This document shows, one piece after another, positions 8,709 to 18,307 of a stretch of DNA of 64,000 bases. Numbering within the stretch: the stretch's first letter is position 1; the number at the start of each line of letters is the position of its first letter. The translations under genes and the position numbers were made by a program. This DNA comes from a virus (lineage: Duplodnaviria > Caudoviricetes), in IMG/VR virus record IMGVR_UViG_3300030433_001901, positions 1 through 64,000 of that record; one strand, 5' to 3'. The notes under the pieces are model-generated. The model worked only from the letters and a program-made list of their open reading frames with translations. It was not told the DNA's origin and searched no databases.

Positions 8709-10211
8709 ATGACAGAAGAAAGAAAAACAGGAAGAGAAGCCCAAATGAGTAATATAAGAGCCGCGGTTCAAGTAGCCGAAACTGTAAGGTCAACACTTGG
8801 CCCCGCTGGTATGGATAAAATGCTCGTTGATGAACGCGGAGAAACAATAGTAACCAATGATGGTATCACTATTCTCCGAGAACTTGAAACAGCACACCCC
8901 GGTGCGCAGATGATGGTTCAAGCGAGTCAAACACAGGAAGAAACATGCAAAGATGGAACAACAAGTGTTGTTGTTCTTGGTGGTCAAATGCTGGCGTTGA
9001 GCGAAGGTTTGCTCATGCGTGGTATCCACCCACAAACTATTGTGCGCGCATTTAACAAAGCATCTAAGATTGCTCTTGATAATATGCCGGAAGCATCAAT
9101 ACACATAGAAAAAGTAAATGTTGCCGCAACAGCGTTGCGCGGTAAAGCATCGGAGAATGCTCTTGAATTTGCCGCTCAACTATGCTCGGCGGCGGCTGTT
9201 AGAGCAAATGGTGATGCAGACCATATCCGCACACTAACACAGGCAGGTGGTAATATGTCGGACTCTTACATACACAACGGACTTGTTCTTAACAAGACTT
9301 TTGCTAATCCCGAATATAAAGGTAAAGATAAACCGCGCTTACTTATGCTTGACGGCGGACTTGACGGATTTAATTACGATGATGTGCAAATGCAGATTCA
9401 AGACCCCTCTCAATTGCAACAGATACAACAACAAGAAATGCATATTCTAAGCGAGGTTGCAAAAGCAATTGCTGAAATGTGTGATGTTGTAATCGTTCGT
9501 GATGGTATTCATGAAGCGGTTGCTAAGTATCTTGATATTCAAGGAGTCGGTGTTGTTAGTCGTGTTCAACAAAGCGATATGGACGGTATAGCGCGTATTA
9601 CAGGTATTCCAATATATCACCGTATTACCGAAGTTCCCGAAGACTATAATGAAAAGGTAAAAGGTTCAATCAAACCTATTCGCATTGGCGACCTTGACTA
9701 TGTATCGGTTGAAGCAAAAGGAAGTCGCACAATAACCATGGTTATTCGTGGGGCTACCCGACAAACACTTGATGAATACGAGCGTGCTTTTGACGATGCG
9801 GTTGGTGTTGTTTGCTTATACATGAATGACAAGAGAGTATATCCCGGCGGAGGTGCAATCATGTCTAAACTCGCTATGGCTGTTCGCGACCATGCTACAC
9901 ATGAAGTAAAACTAACTGCGCGTGAAAGAATGTGTATGGAAGCATACGCTGATTCACTTGAGATTATACCAGCGGCTATTGCCAGTAATGCGGGTATGGA
10001 CGCTCTTGATGTTGTAATGGAGTTGCGTTCTGTGGCTAATGATTACGGTCTATTCATTGATTTTGCAGGTGAAGGAAGAATATGTCAAACAGGTCAAGAA
10101 AATGTATGGGAACCAGCCGCGCTTGTTGAACAAGTTATCAAGTCTGCTACCGAGGTTGCTTGCTCAATACTTCGTATTGACGACATTATAGCAAGGCGTG
10201 GTCCTCAATGA
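8709..10211 (+). CDS. Group II chaperonin (thermosome subunit)
   Basis: [27 protein letters not shown]...DE.ERAFDDA, PGGGA, ILRIDD; helical lid segment present. Confidence 0.95.
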   Translation: MTEERKTGREAQMSNIRAAVQVAETVRSTLGPAGMDKMLVDERGETIVTNDGITILRELETAHPGAQMMVQASQTQEETCKDGTTSVVVLGGQMLALSEGLLMRGIHPQTIVRAFNKASKIALDNMPEASIHIEKVNVAATALRGKASENALEFAAQLCSAAAVRANGDADHIRTLTQAGGNMSDSYIHNGLVLNKTFANPEYKGKDKPRLLMLDGGLDGFNYDDVQMQIQDPSQLQQIQQQEMHILSEVAKAIAEMCDVVIVRDGIHEAVAKYLDIQGVGVVSRVQQSDMDGIARITGIPIYHRITEVPEDYNEKVKGSIKPIRIGDLDYVSVEAKGSRTITMVIRGATRQTLDEYERAFDDAVGVVCLYMNDKRVYPGGGAIMSKLAMAVRDHATHEVKLTARERMCMEAYADSLEIIPAAIASNAGMDALDVVMELRSVANDYGLFIDFAGEGRICQTGQENVWEPAALVEQVIKSATEVACSILRIDDIIARRGPQ

Positions 10212-10339
10212 CATTCTTTGAGAGCATAGGATTTATTCTTGCGTTGTTTATTGTTATTGAGATTGCTTATCAGTTAGTCAATCTTGCTTACAAGAAGATG
10301 AGCAACATACCTATTCGGGGTTCTCAAGAGGAAGAGTAG
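10208..10339 (+). CDS. 43-aa single-pass membrane micro-protein (not in ORF track)
   Basis: ATGA overlap with the thermosome stop; [24 protein letters not shown]... is a hydrophobic helix. Confidence 0.6.
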   Translation: MTFFESIGFILALFIVIEIAYQLVNLAYKKMSNIPIRGSQEEE

Positions 10340-11696
10340 CGAAACCAATTGCATTCTTGCGACGCTGTTCTTCACGCGCTTCTCTTTCTTTGAGTCGTTT
10401 GAGTTCTGCTTCTCTTCTTTTTTGCATTGCGTCAAAATCGGTGGGAAGAAATGTAGGTTGTCCGTAAAGATTCTTTTGACCTTGAACAAATAACTGTGTC
10501 TGTTCTTTGAGCAATCGCATGGCTATGTCCATTGGTTCGCCGTGATACATCATTGCGTCGTCTGCTTCTTGATTGATTCTTTTTTGCTCCTGTAATAGAC
10601 ATGCTGTGCATACTGATGCACCCATTTGCTGATTAGACACGGATACTTCTTGGGCGTTCATCATTGCTCCACACAATTCACATTCAGCGGATTGTCCACT
10701 AAGATTCATTTGTGGTGCTTTGAGCAACTGCATGGTAATCTCCATTGGTTCGCCTGTGTTAATGTCTTGAAAATTAGCGTCAAATTGAGGTTGATTCACT
10801 TGCCTGTTCATTTCATCTAATGACGGCATCAGTTCATCTACGCGTTGCTCAATGCATTCCATACACCTTGGCTCATTGAACCAAGCATTGTATTGAGCAA
10901 TTCTACCGCTATTACAAAACCTACAAGGATAACCATGCATGGTGCGATGTTGATAATCTTCTAAACTTTCATGTTGTTGTCTATCATCTCCGGTCGCATC
11001 TTTAAGTATGCGAGGTGCTTCAACCACGACCATCTTGAGCGTGGAGCCTACTGACGGGTGAGAGCGCGCCCTGTTAGCGTGTGGGTCTTCCGGCACTATC
11101 TTGCCTGTCTTAGTATGGCTCATGTCTTTGCCGCCCTTACCAGCGACACCGCGCTTGCGACGCTCTCTTTCTAACTCCCGTCTGTATTTCTTACGCGCGG
11201 GTGAAGACTCATACTGCGTTTCATACTTGCGCTTATGTTCAATTGCGGCTGGGGACTTGGCTTCTTTTTTAACATTCATTGGTTTGACGACAATGTTTCT
11301 TCGTGAAGGCATATCTTTCTTTTGAGTCACACGCACCCCATAGTCTTGAGGGTAATTCTTTCTGCCCTTGCGCGGTCTATATGGTCCGCGCTTAGGTAAA
11401 TCCCCAACGGGCGAATCACCTCTTACGCCTACCATGACATAATTGCCATCTTTGTCAACTCTATGGCGAGAACCCCCATGTCCTTTAGTGTCTTCGGGGT
11501 CGTTACCGACAATGCTCCAAAACTCATCGGGGTAATCCCCTTGAAGGTAATCTTTTGCATATTCTTTCGGTTGCGCGCTCACTTGCTGAACAGGTTTCCA
11601 ACCCTCCCAACCCGTCGTTTCATCAAGTTCGGGAAAAAATTGAGGTAGGGCTGTTTGATACTTACGGATAACAACCTTCCACCAAAGATTAGACAT
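10311..11696 (-). CDS. Modular late protein: HNH-like module plus two Zn ribbons, separated by repeated LLK linkers
   Basis: GGKDMSHTK...HANRAR; CRFC..CMEC; CELC..CTAC; linkers GEPMEITMQLLK and GEPMDIAMRLLK. Confidence 0.7.
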   Translation of the reverse strand: MSNLWWKVVIRKYQTALPQFFPELDETTGWEGWKPVQQVSAQPKEYAKDYLQGDYPDEFWSIVGNDPEDTKGHGGSRHRVDKDGNYVMVGVRGDSPVGDLPKRGPYRPRKGRKNYPQDYGVRVTQKKDMPSRRNIVVKPMNVKKEAKSPAAIEHKRKYETQYESSPARKKYRRELERERRKRGVAGKGGKDMSHTKTGKIVPEDPHANRARSHPSVGSTLKMVVVEAPRILKDATGDDRQQHESLEDYQHRTMHGYPCRFCNSGRIAQYNAWFNEPRCMECIEQRVDELMPSLDEMNRQVNQPQFDANFQDINTGEPMEITMQLLKAPQMNLSGQSAECELCGAMMNAQEVSVSNQQMGASVCTACLLQEQKRINQEADDAMMYHGEPMDIAMRLLKEQTQLFVQGQKNLYGQPTFLPTDFDAMQKRREAELKRLKEREAREEQRRKNAIGFATLPLENPE

Positions 11697-11706
11697 GCGC
11701 GCCCCC

Positions 11707-13686
11707 TCACATTTGGTCCATGATGTTGCCTTCTTTCATACTAACTGGTATTTTAACTCCTTCCCGCGACATCATTTCTTCTTGACTAATCGGAGGATTG
11801 CTTGTGTGTGACATTTCTCCTTCTTCCTCGCGATAGTTAGGTTGTGGTGGTGAACCATGTGGCATTCTTTTGATACCGTATTGAGGTGATGGGGATTCAT
11901 CTTCGTTGCCGAACTCCATTGTGTTGCGAGTCTGCTCCCTTGCTTCTTCTCGGTATTTGTCTAAGTTCCTTTTGTTTTCTTCATCTCGGCGCATAGCCAT
12001 TCTTAGATGAAGCGGAGTAGCGTATTTACCTTCCTTTAATCTTCTCATCAACTTTTTTTGGTGTGTTGGGTTTCGCATTTGTTCCATTCTATCAGCCGCG
12101 GTTTCATCATCGGGGTCGTCAATAAAGTCATTAGGGCCTATTTCGTTCAAATGGATTTGCGTGGCGAGGTCGTCATACACCATAGCGGCAGGGTGATTGA
12201 TAGCGCGCCCTTCTGCGTCGCGAAATTCGGGATTACCTTTCAACAAACCCCACGCCGCGTCCATGACATTTCTTGAGTCGGAGGAAGTTGCGACATCATC
12301 AAGGTTGCCTGTTGGTGATGCAAAATTTTTCATGCCGGGGTTCAAGTCCATCATCTCTTGTGGTGAACTATCAATGATATTAGCAACTGGCTCTTGCATT
12401 CTTTCACGCGCTTGTTGATTTCTTGCTTGTGTGATAAGTTGTATCGCTTGTTGCGACGGCATGTTAGGGAATGATTGTTTCATAGATTCAAGTGCTTCTT
12501 CCATCGTGTTTGTTTCTTGTGCTATCAAGTCAATAGTTTTCATAGCACCTTTGAGCAACACCCACGCGTGGTCCATGACATTGCGCGAATCGGAAGATGT
12601 TGCAATATCATCATCGTCTTGAGGTGATGGTAATTTGGAAAAAGGACTTACATGCTCATCTTGGAATATAGTTGATGGTTGACTTTGAACTCTTCCTTGA
12701 ACTGTTTTTAGCGGGAACTTTGGTTTGCTTACTGCTCCACCACCTTGACCCAACTCTCTCAACGCCGCTTCTGTCGGGTCGGGTTGGTTGGCTTGGAATA
12801 ATCTTTCAAGCATTCTAAAGTGTTCATCACTTCCCACTTCATCTCCTTCAAAGTCTGTGAATTTATCTTTTTTATCTCTTACACGCGGGTCGTTGGCTTC
12901 TGCTTCTTCTATACCTTGAAACATTTGACTGTATAGGTCTTTGTAACTTTCATCGCTATCTAATCTATGCCTATAACCATACGGTTCTTCAAGTCGGTAT
13001 AATCTATTTGTTCTTTTTCGGCGTTCTTCTTCTAAGGGTGTCATTGGCGTGTAAAAAGGGGTTTTGGGTTTTGGTTTTTCTTCTTCGGTGTCGTCCGGTA
13101 TCTCAAACATATCACCTTTAGGATTACGCTTTTTCTTCTGCCCTACTCTTCTTCTTGGCGCGCGGTCAAGCGTTATACGCGGACCTCTTTCACTTCTTAG
13201 TTTAGCCATTCTATCTTGGAAGTTCATGAAAGGGTCGTCTTCTATGGATTGTTTGAAATCCTTAAGTCTAATCCCTTGTCTTTGCATTGACTCTTGTAAT
13301 TTTTTATTTTTGACATTACCCGTTTCATCAAACTGTCCTAAGTTTGCATTGTTGATTCTTTTGACTTCATCAATCAACTTTGGGAAATTAGTATCACTAT
13401 TCTTTGCTTCTTCAAGACTCTTACCTTCAACTTTTTGTAAATACATACGGAACATTTTTTCGGGTATCTTGAGTTTGCTTAGTGTTTCTTCAAGTAAATT
13501 AGGATTTGCGCGCATTTTGTTTTTGAAATGGTATAGCCTTTTCCTTTCTCTATTACCAAGACCGCCACGCTTTCGCGGGGCTGTCATATCATCTGCTTTC
13601 TTCACACCATCTTTTTCTTTCTTAGGCTTCGCGCCCATACCGATAATTAATACCATACCGCCTTTTTTTGGCTTTTCTTTAGACAT
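11707..13686 (-). CDS. Charged modular late protein with duplicated linker (putative internal virion polyprotein)
   Basis: About 660-aa ORF; two copies of D[IV]ATSSDSRNVMD.AW.LLKG. Confidence 0.7.
   Translation of the reverse strand: MSKEKPKKGGMVLIIGMGAKPKKEKDGVKKADDMTAPRKRGGLGNRERKRLYHFKNKMRANPNLLEETLSKLKIPEKMFRMYLQKVEGKSLEEAKNSDTNFPKLIDEVKRINNANLGQFDETGNVKNKKLQESMQRQGIRLKDFKQSIEDDPFMNFQDRMAKLRSERGPRITLDRAPRRRVGQKKKRNPKGDMFEIPDDTEEEKPKPKTPFYTPMTPLEEERRKRTNRLYRLEEPYGYRHRLDSDESYKDLYSQMFQGIEEAEANDPRVRDKKDKFTDFEGDEVGSDEHFRMLERLFQANQPDPTEAALRELGQGGGAVSKPKFPLKTVQGRVQSQPSTIFQDEHVSPFSKLPSPQDDDDIATSSDSRNVMDHAWVLLKGAMKTIDLIAQETNTMEEALESMKQSFPNMPSQQAIQLITQARNQQARERMQEPVANIIDSSPQEMMDLNPGMKNFASPTGNLDDVATSSDSRNVMDAAWGLLKGNPEFRDAEGRAINHPAAMVYDDLATQIHLNEIGPNDFIDDPDDETAADRMEQMRNPTHQKKLMRRLKEGKYATPLHLRMAMRRDEENKRNLDKYREEAREQTRNTMEFGNEDESPSPQYGIKRMPHGSPPQPNYREEEGEMSHTSNPPISQEEMMSREGVKIPVSMKEGNIMDQM
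12236..12612 (-). repeat. Two diverged ~65-bp direct repeats (12236-12300 and 12548-12612)
   Basis: Encode DDVATSSDSRNVMDAAWGLLKG and DDIATSSDSRNVMDHAWVLLKG; flanking sequences are unrelated. Confidence 0.9.
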
Positions 13687-13882
13687 TTTGCTCAACTCCG
13701 TGGTGTTTGAATTTAGGTTTATTTAGTCGCGACTCGCGCCATAATCTTTGGCATAACGGGCATTCCCATACAAGCACACGCGTATCCCGGTCATTAACAT
13801 ATCGGCCTTCTATTCTTAGCGCGACAACATTTTCACCACAACTTGGACATTTTTGACTTAAGCGTTCTCTCAACTTACCCAT
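13679..13882 (-). CDS. Zn-ribbon protein
   Basis: CPSCG...WECPLC; ATG at 13882 in a TAATG overlap. Confidence 0.7.
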   Translation of the reverse strand: MGKLRERLSQKCPSCGENVVALRIEGRYVNDRDTRVLVWECPLCQRLWRESRLNKPKFKHHGVEQNV

Positions 13883-14037
13883 TACTTCACACCCTTCCGT
13901 AATCCGTTCCAACAAGCCTGTTGAAGTTCCTCTTCCGAGTCAAAAATAATAAAATCTGTATCTTTATCGTCAATCATAGAAAACCAAGTCAATACAAATC
14001 CAAACGCGAATGCTATCAAAAACCACACCCATAACAT
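13882..14037 (-). CDS. 51-aa membrane-anchored micro-protein (not in ORF track)
   Basis: GAGGTGA SD; MLWVWFLIAFAFGFVLTWFSM followed by an acidic tail. Confidence 0.65.
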   Translation of the reverse strand: MLWVWFLIAFAFGFVLTWFSMIDDKDTDFIIFDSEEELQQACWNGLRKGVK

Positions 14038-14046
14038 TTTTTCACC

Positions 14047-14619
14047 TCAATTAAAATTAATAACACCCGACGGCAGACTTCCCCAAAAATTTAAATCGTC
14101 GCAGTATTGTGAATATCTATTCGTCATGGTAGTTTTATAATCCGCCCAACTTAAACTGTTATCACTACACCATGTATCAAACCACATTACATTCCAATGA
14201 GAATTAGCGGGAGGTGTCCATGTTTCTATGTCTGCTTTAATTAATGTAAATCTATTATCTTTAGAGCAATGCGCCCATACTAAATCAATTACATCTTGTG
14301 AATTTTCAATAATTGTCACAGAATTAATGTTAGGCGCGCTAATTAAAAATTCATTTACCATTCCTATACCTAACCCACCAATTAATACATCTCCTGTTGC
14401 ATTATCCCATAACCATTGATGTTCTCTATACTCTCCTTCGGAGTCTTGCATGATAGGCATAGGACAATTATCTTTGATTAAAACACAATAATTAGAATGA
14501 CTTTCATTTTTCATGTCAAGATACATTTGCCATTGTCTATCTGTTGTTTGGTTTGTATAATGCGCTATCTCAAAATCACCGGAAACTCCCGCAGGGATAT
14601 TAACTTGTATTCTTGTCAT
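14047..14619 (-). CDS. Class I SAM-dependent methyltransferase / spermidine-synthase-like protein
   Basis: DVLIGGLGIG (motif I), VTIIE (motif II), KADI, WFDTW. Confidence 0.75.
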   Translation of the reverse strand: MTRIQVNIPAGVSGDFEIAHYTNQTTDRQWQMYLDMKNESHSNYCVLIKDNCPMPIMQDSEGEYREHQWLWDNATGDVLIGGLGIGMVNEFLISAPNINSVTIIENSQDVIDLVWAHCSKDNRFTLIKADIETWTPPANSHWNVMWFDTWCSDNSLSWADYKTTMTNRYSQYCDDLNFWGSLPSGVINFN

Positions 14620-14628
14620 ATTTATTCC

Positions 14629-15306
14629 TCATGTAAAATTAATTGTCACATCATGTATCGCGGTATAGGTAGTCCCGCCTCCGTCTTGGTCCTCAACTGA
14701 TAATCTAAAAGTGATATTATCTCCCGTTTGAGGTAATGTGCTTGCACCCCTACCCGACGCGTGCTGTAATACTACCGCATAAAAACCACTACTTGATGAG
14801 TTAAAATTAGTATATACCCCATAAGCACTACTGGCGGCCACCATTCCTGTGTTATCTTGGAAGATTGCGCGAGTTCCTGTTACTTGATAAACTATTGCTG
14901 TGACACCACTACTAAATGACGAACTTATTACTGCTCCCGAACCAATATTCCATGAATATTTATTGGCGGAGGTAAAGTTGTTGTTTCTAATATATCCACC
15001 AATTATTATTAAACCCGCTCCGGTTCCCGATGCGTTCCACCCTGCTAAATAATCACTTGCGGCAAAACTTAGCGTTTGAGTCGTTCTTGTCGGACTACTC
15101 GCAGTTCCGAAGGTAGAACCGGACCCGTCTTCTACCCCGTTAGAAAAATTAAATGAGTTGTTAGAGGCATTGTATATTGCTATTTTAACCGCGTTATCGT
15201 AGTTTCCTGTGGCAGTTGTCGCTACGCTGACACTTGCTACACCACCACCGCCACCAGCCGACGCTCCTTGTTGCGCGCATGTGCCAACGACGGCGTTATA
15301 CATCAT
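14629..15306 (-). CDS. Gly/Ser/Thr-rich beta protein, probable tail-fibre-associated or receptor-binding protein
   Basis: ATGA overlap with the tail fibre stop; GGGGG linker near the N-terminus; beta-rich composition. Confidence 0.55.
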   Translation of the reverse strand: MMYNAVVGTCAQQGASAGGGGGVASVSVATTATGNYDNAVKIAIYNASNNSFNFSNGVEDGSGSTFGTASSPTRTTQTLSFAASDYLAGWNASGTGAGLIIIGGYIRNNNFTSANKYSWNIGSGAVISSSFSSGVTAIVYQVTGTRAIFQDNTGMVAASSAYGVYTNFNSSSSGFYAVVLQHASGRGASTLPQTGDNITFRLSVEDQDGGGTTYTAIHDVTINFT

Positions 15307-17960
15307 ACACCAACTCCGAACCAACCATACCCCGATACAAAAATACAAGTCACCGCTTTGTTGATAGGTAAAGAACCGTTTGCTGTTCCGCCGTTGAAAT
15401 TGTTTCCGTTGCGGTCAATTGTAACCGCACCCGTTGTTCCAATATTAGCATTGAGTATAGTATAGTGTTCTCCGTCTGCGGGAGAGGCGGGTAAATTAAT
15501 TGTCACACCACCGGGGGATATACAATATCTTCCCGCGTGTGTTGCTTCTGTAAGAGTCGCCCCACCGGATAAACCCACTAAAGGTATTCTTGGCGCGTTG
15601 AATGTAGTCCCTGCCGCTAAGTTCAACCCTGCCGCGTTAACTGCGCTTACTGCACCCGCGGCATCAACACCACCAATGTCGCTAAGAGTTTCACCAGCAG
15701 TTCGTCCTTCAATTGATGTTCCGTCAACTCTTAAGAAATCATTATCCGCTACATTAGCATTAGCAACTAACACATTACCGTTGGATATACCACTTGCTAA
15801 TCCTTTCACAAACGCGAGATTTGTGACTTCGCTATCCATCAATGCTCCCGCCGCCGTGACATTTGTTGCATCTGTCACATCTGCACCATCTTCAACATTG
15901 AGAAGTGTTAGAACTTCTGCTTTAGTAATACCCGTAGCAAAAACAGGCGTTCCACTGTTGTCTTCAATAGCGGGAGCCGCGCCACCACCGCCACCGCTTA
16001 CTGCCGCCCATTTGACACCCGATGGTTCGGAACTGTCGGCTGTTAAAACATGGTTATTGGTTCCTACTGCTAAGATAGTTGCATCACCCGCGCCATCACC
16101 TACAACCAAGTCGCCCTTTGTGCCTAAGTCGCTATGCATGATTGCACCTGCGGCGTTGACATTGGTTGCATCTGTCACATCTGCGCCTGTTTCAATACCG
16201 TCTAATTTGGTTTTATCAGCACTTGACATTGAACCTGCCGCGCTTGTTGTAGCCGCATCAATTCCAATCGTGCCTGTGCCTGTGATTGTTCCTCCGGTAA
16301 TCGGTGCGCTTGTTGCGATACTTGTCACGGTTCCCGCATTGGCTGTTGCACCATCAGCAACATTCAAGTCGCTTCTCATTTCAGCCGCGGTTCGCCCTTC
16401 AACTGATGTTCCATCAATTTTCAAAAAATCATTATCTGCTACATTAGCGTTAGCGACTAATACATTACCATTAGATATACCCGAAGCCAACCCTTTTACA
16501 AACGCAAGATTTGTCACCTCGCTGTCCATTAATGCACCTGCGGCAGTTACATTAGTCGCGTCTGTGACATCTGCTCCGTCTTCAACATTAAGAAGCGTCA
16601 ATACTTCTGCTTTAGTGATACCCGATGTAAATGCAGGTGTTCCGCTGTTATCATAAATCGCAGGTGCGGGTCCAGCCGCGATGATGGCCGATTGATAATC
16701 GCATCGCACCCACACACTACCTTCGTAAATGAATGTAGCGCGGTGCGCTGGTCCAACGGTTTCGTTAGAACCGCTTAAATCATCAAAGATAATATTACCT
16801 AATCCGTTGTTGCATACTTCAATAGTATGTCCTTCGGGAAATTTGTAGTTTGTTCCATCTTTCTCCGGTTGTAGTGTAATGTCAACACCCGCGTTTGGTG
16901 CAAGCATAAAGAATGAATCTCCGTCTGCTGTGATAACCCATATTCCGTTCGTGGTTAGTGCGGTTGTAGTTGCATCAACACCGCGTCCCTGTAATCTTAC
17001 CGAGTAGTGTCCGGTCTGTTGATTGTTGCGCCCTGCGAAATAAAATGTATCAGCGACATGACCACCACCACGGTCTGCACCACGCGACGGTCCTTGACCA
17101 TACCCTGCATCGCCCGGTCCCGGTGGCGACTGGTTAAATGAGCCATAGCGCGGGTGGCTTACCCAATGAACATTGACTGTATCTGTCACAGCAAGTTCGC
17201 CGTTCTCATTGTGAATAGCGTTAAGATGCGCAATTGTGTTGACACCTTCCGAACCACCATCTGCAATTTCAGCGATGCTTACACCACTTCCCGATGATAT
17301 TGTTCCTGTTGAAAGCGGAATGCGATAGTCTGCCGAACCTTGTAAAAAGACGCGCTTATCATTTATCTCAACAATGTTTAGATTATTACTACCTCCACCG
17401 GAACCAATATACTGAACACGGACATGAGCAAGCACGATTGTTTTCATGTTGTCTTGTGTAGTGGTTCCATCGTAGTCAATAAGATATTGATTAGACGCGG
17501 AAGGATATAACCCCGATGTAATATTAACAGGACTTCCAGCCTCAAAAGCAACTTTGTTAAGTCCACCACTTGGCGCAACATAAATTGTATAGATTGCTTC
17601 TTCGTTTGCGGCAAGAGTAAGCGCACCACTACCGTGTGAAGCATTGTTTAAATCAAGAGTAATTGTATCACCAACACCGTTAGCAAATTCATACAGCGCA
17701 CCATCAAGAACTACAAACCCACCGCTTACAGTAAGTGTGCTTGCTGTCGCGCGAATCATTGAACCGGGTTGATTACCGCTATTTGTTTCATTTCTTGATG
17801 AGCCGTATGCACCATCTTGGTATCGGATAATACCGTTGCCGTGAACACCTTGAATCAAGTTAGTAAGCGTCGTGGGTGATAATGAATCCCCATCTCGTAG
17901 TCCGTCTTCACCGAGCGTATTCTGCGCGGCTGTATGCCCTGCTATGTTATCTGTTGCCAT
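15303..17960 (-). CDS. Tail fibre protein
   Basis: GADVTDATNV repeats, AGSMSSADKTKLDGI, KGDL.VGDG...VLTADS...GVKW and TINLPASP fibre motifs; last large gene of the tail module. Confidence 0.8.
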   Translation of the reverse strand: MATDNIAGHTAAQNTLGEDGLRDGDSLSPTTLTNLIQGVHGNGIIRYQDGAYGSSRNETNSGNQPGSMIRATASTLTVSGGFVVLDGALYEFANGVGDTITLDLNNASHGSGALTLAANEEAIYTIYVAPSGGLNKVAFEAGSPVNITSGLYPSASNQYLIDYDGTTTQDNMKTIVLAHVRVQYIGSGGGSNNLNIVEINDKRVFLQGSADYRIPLSTGTISSGSGVSIAEIADGGSEGVNTIAHLNAIHNENGELAVTDTVNVHWVSHPRYGSFNQSPPGPGDAGYGQGPSRGADRGGGHVADTFYFAGRNNQQTGHYSVRLQGRGVDATTTALTTNGIWVITADGDSFFMLAPNAGVDITLQPEKDGTNYKFPEGHTIEVCNNGLGNIIFDDLSGSNETVGPAHRATFIYEGSVWVRCDYQSAIIAAGPAPAIYDNSGTPAFTSGITKAEVLTLLNVEDGADVTDATNVTAAGALMDSEVTNLAFVKGLASGISNGNVLVANANVADNDFLKIDGTSVEGRTAAEMRSDLNVADGATANAGTVTSIATSAPITGGTITGTGTIGIDAATTSAAGSMSSADKTKLDGIETGADVTDATNVNAAGAIMHSDLGTKGDLVVGDGAGDATILAVGTNNHVLTADSSEPSGVKWAAVSGGGGGAAPAIEDNSGTPVFATGITKAEVLTLLNVEDGADVTDATNVTAAGALMDSEVTNLAFVKGLASGISNGNVLVANANVADNDFLRVDGTSIEGRTAGETLSDIGGVDAAGAVSAVNAAGLNLAAGTTFNAPRIPLVGLSGGATLTEATHAGRYCISPGGVTINLPASPADGEHYTILNANIGTTGAVTIDRNGNNFNGGTANGSLPINKAVTCIFVSGYGWFGVGV
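15690..16667 (-). repeat. Internal ~290-bp duplication in the tail fibre (15690-15977 and 16380-16667, offset 690 nt)
   Basis: Two ~96-aa near-identical blocks APAI.DNSGTP...EGRTA.E; a third partial copy near 16140-16205. Confidence 0.9.
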
Positions 17961-18307
17961 CACGATACCTCCAATATGAATGAAAAGCGCACTTCATTGT
18001 CTGCGCTTTTTGTAAGAGAATGAATATCCGCGCGATACACAGGAACAAACTCGCCTGTTGTTGCGTCTTTGTATTGAAGGTAAATTTCTTGGATTGGCTT
18101 AGCAAATACATACGATGCGTTCAGCACACCCTCAACAAGTATGCTGGTGTCATCAATGATTTGCACGCGCGGAACAATTCTTGCAAGTGTGCGCGCACCG
18201 CCGTCTTCGGAAGTTGCGATTGTTCCGTCGCTACCAACATGCAACTCGTTAACAAGCGTAGCAAGGTGTTCAACCAAGCGTCGTTTAACGGCATTTAACA
18301 TTGGCAT
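17960..18307 (-). CDS. Small tail-tip / fibre attachment protein (putative)
   Basis: Sits between the hub-like gene and the fibre; beta-rich; coupled by overlaps. Confidence 0.5.
   Translation of the reverse strand: MPMLNAVKRRLVEHLATLVNELHVGSDGTIATSEDGGARTLARIVPRVQIIDDTSILVEGVLNASYVFAKPIQEIYLQYKDATTGEFVPVYRADIHSLTKSADNEVRFSFILEVS

Noticed and set aside
14047-14619. DNA methyltransferase explaining the k-mer bias
   Set aside because: Lacks DPPY/NPPY or PC catalytic motifs; looks like a small-molecule or protein methyltransferase.
15598-16656. 352-aa + strand ORF and other long antisense ORFs (13064-13726, 45810-46334, 61624-62298)
   Set aside because: Antisense shadows of real genes with biased codons; no SD or recognisable motifs.
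15690-16667. Diversity-generating retroelement template/variable repeat pair
   Set aside because: Both copies are in-frame within one gene, differences are synonymous and not adenine-specific, and no reverse transcriptase is present.
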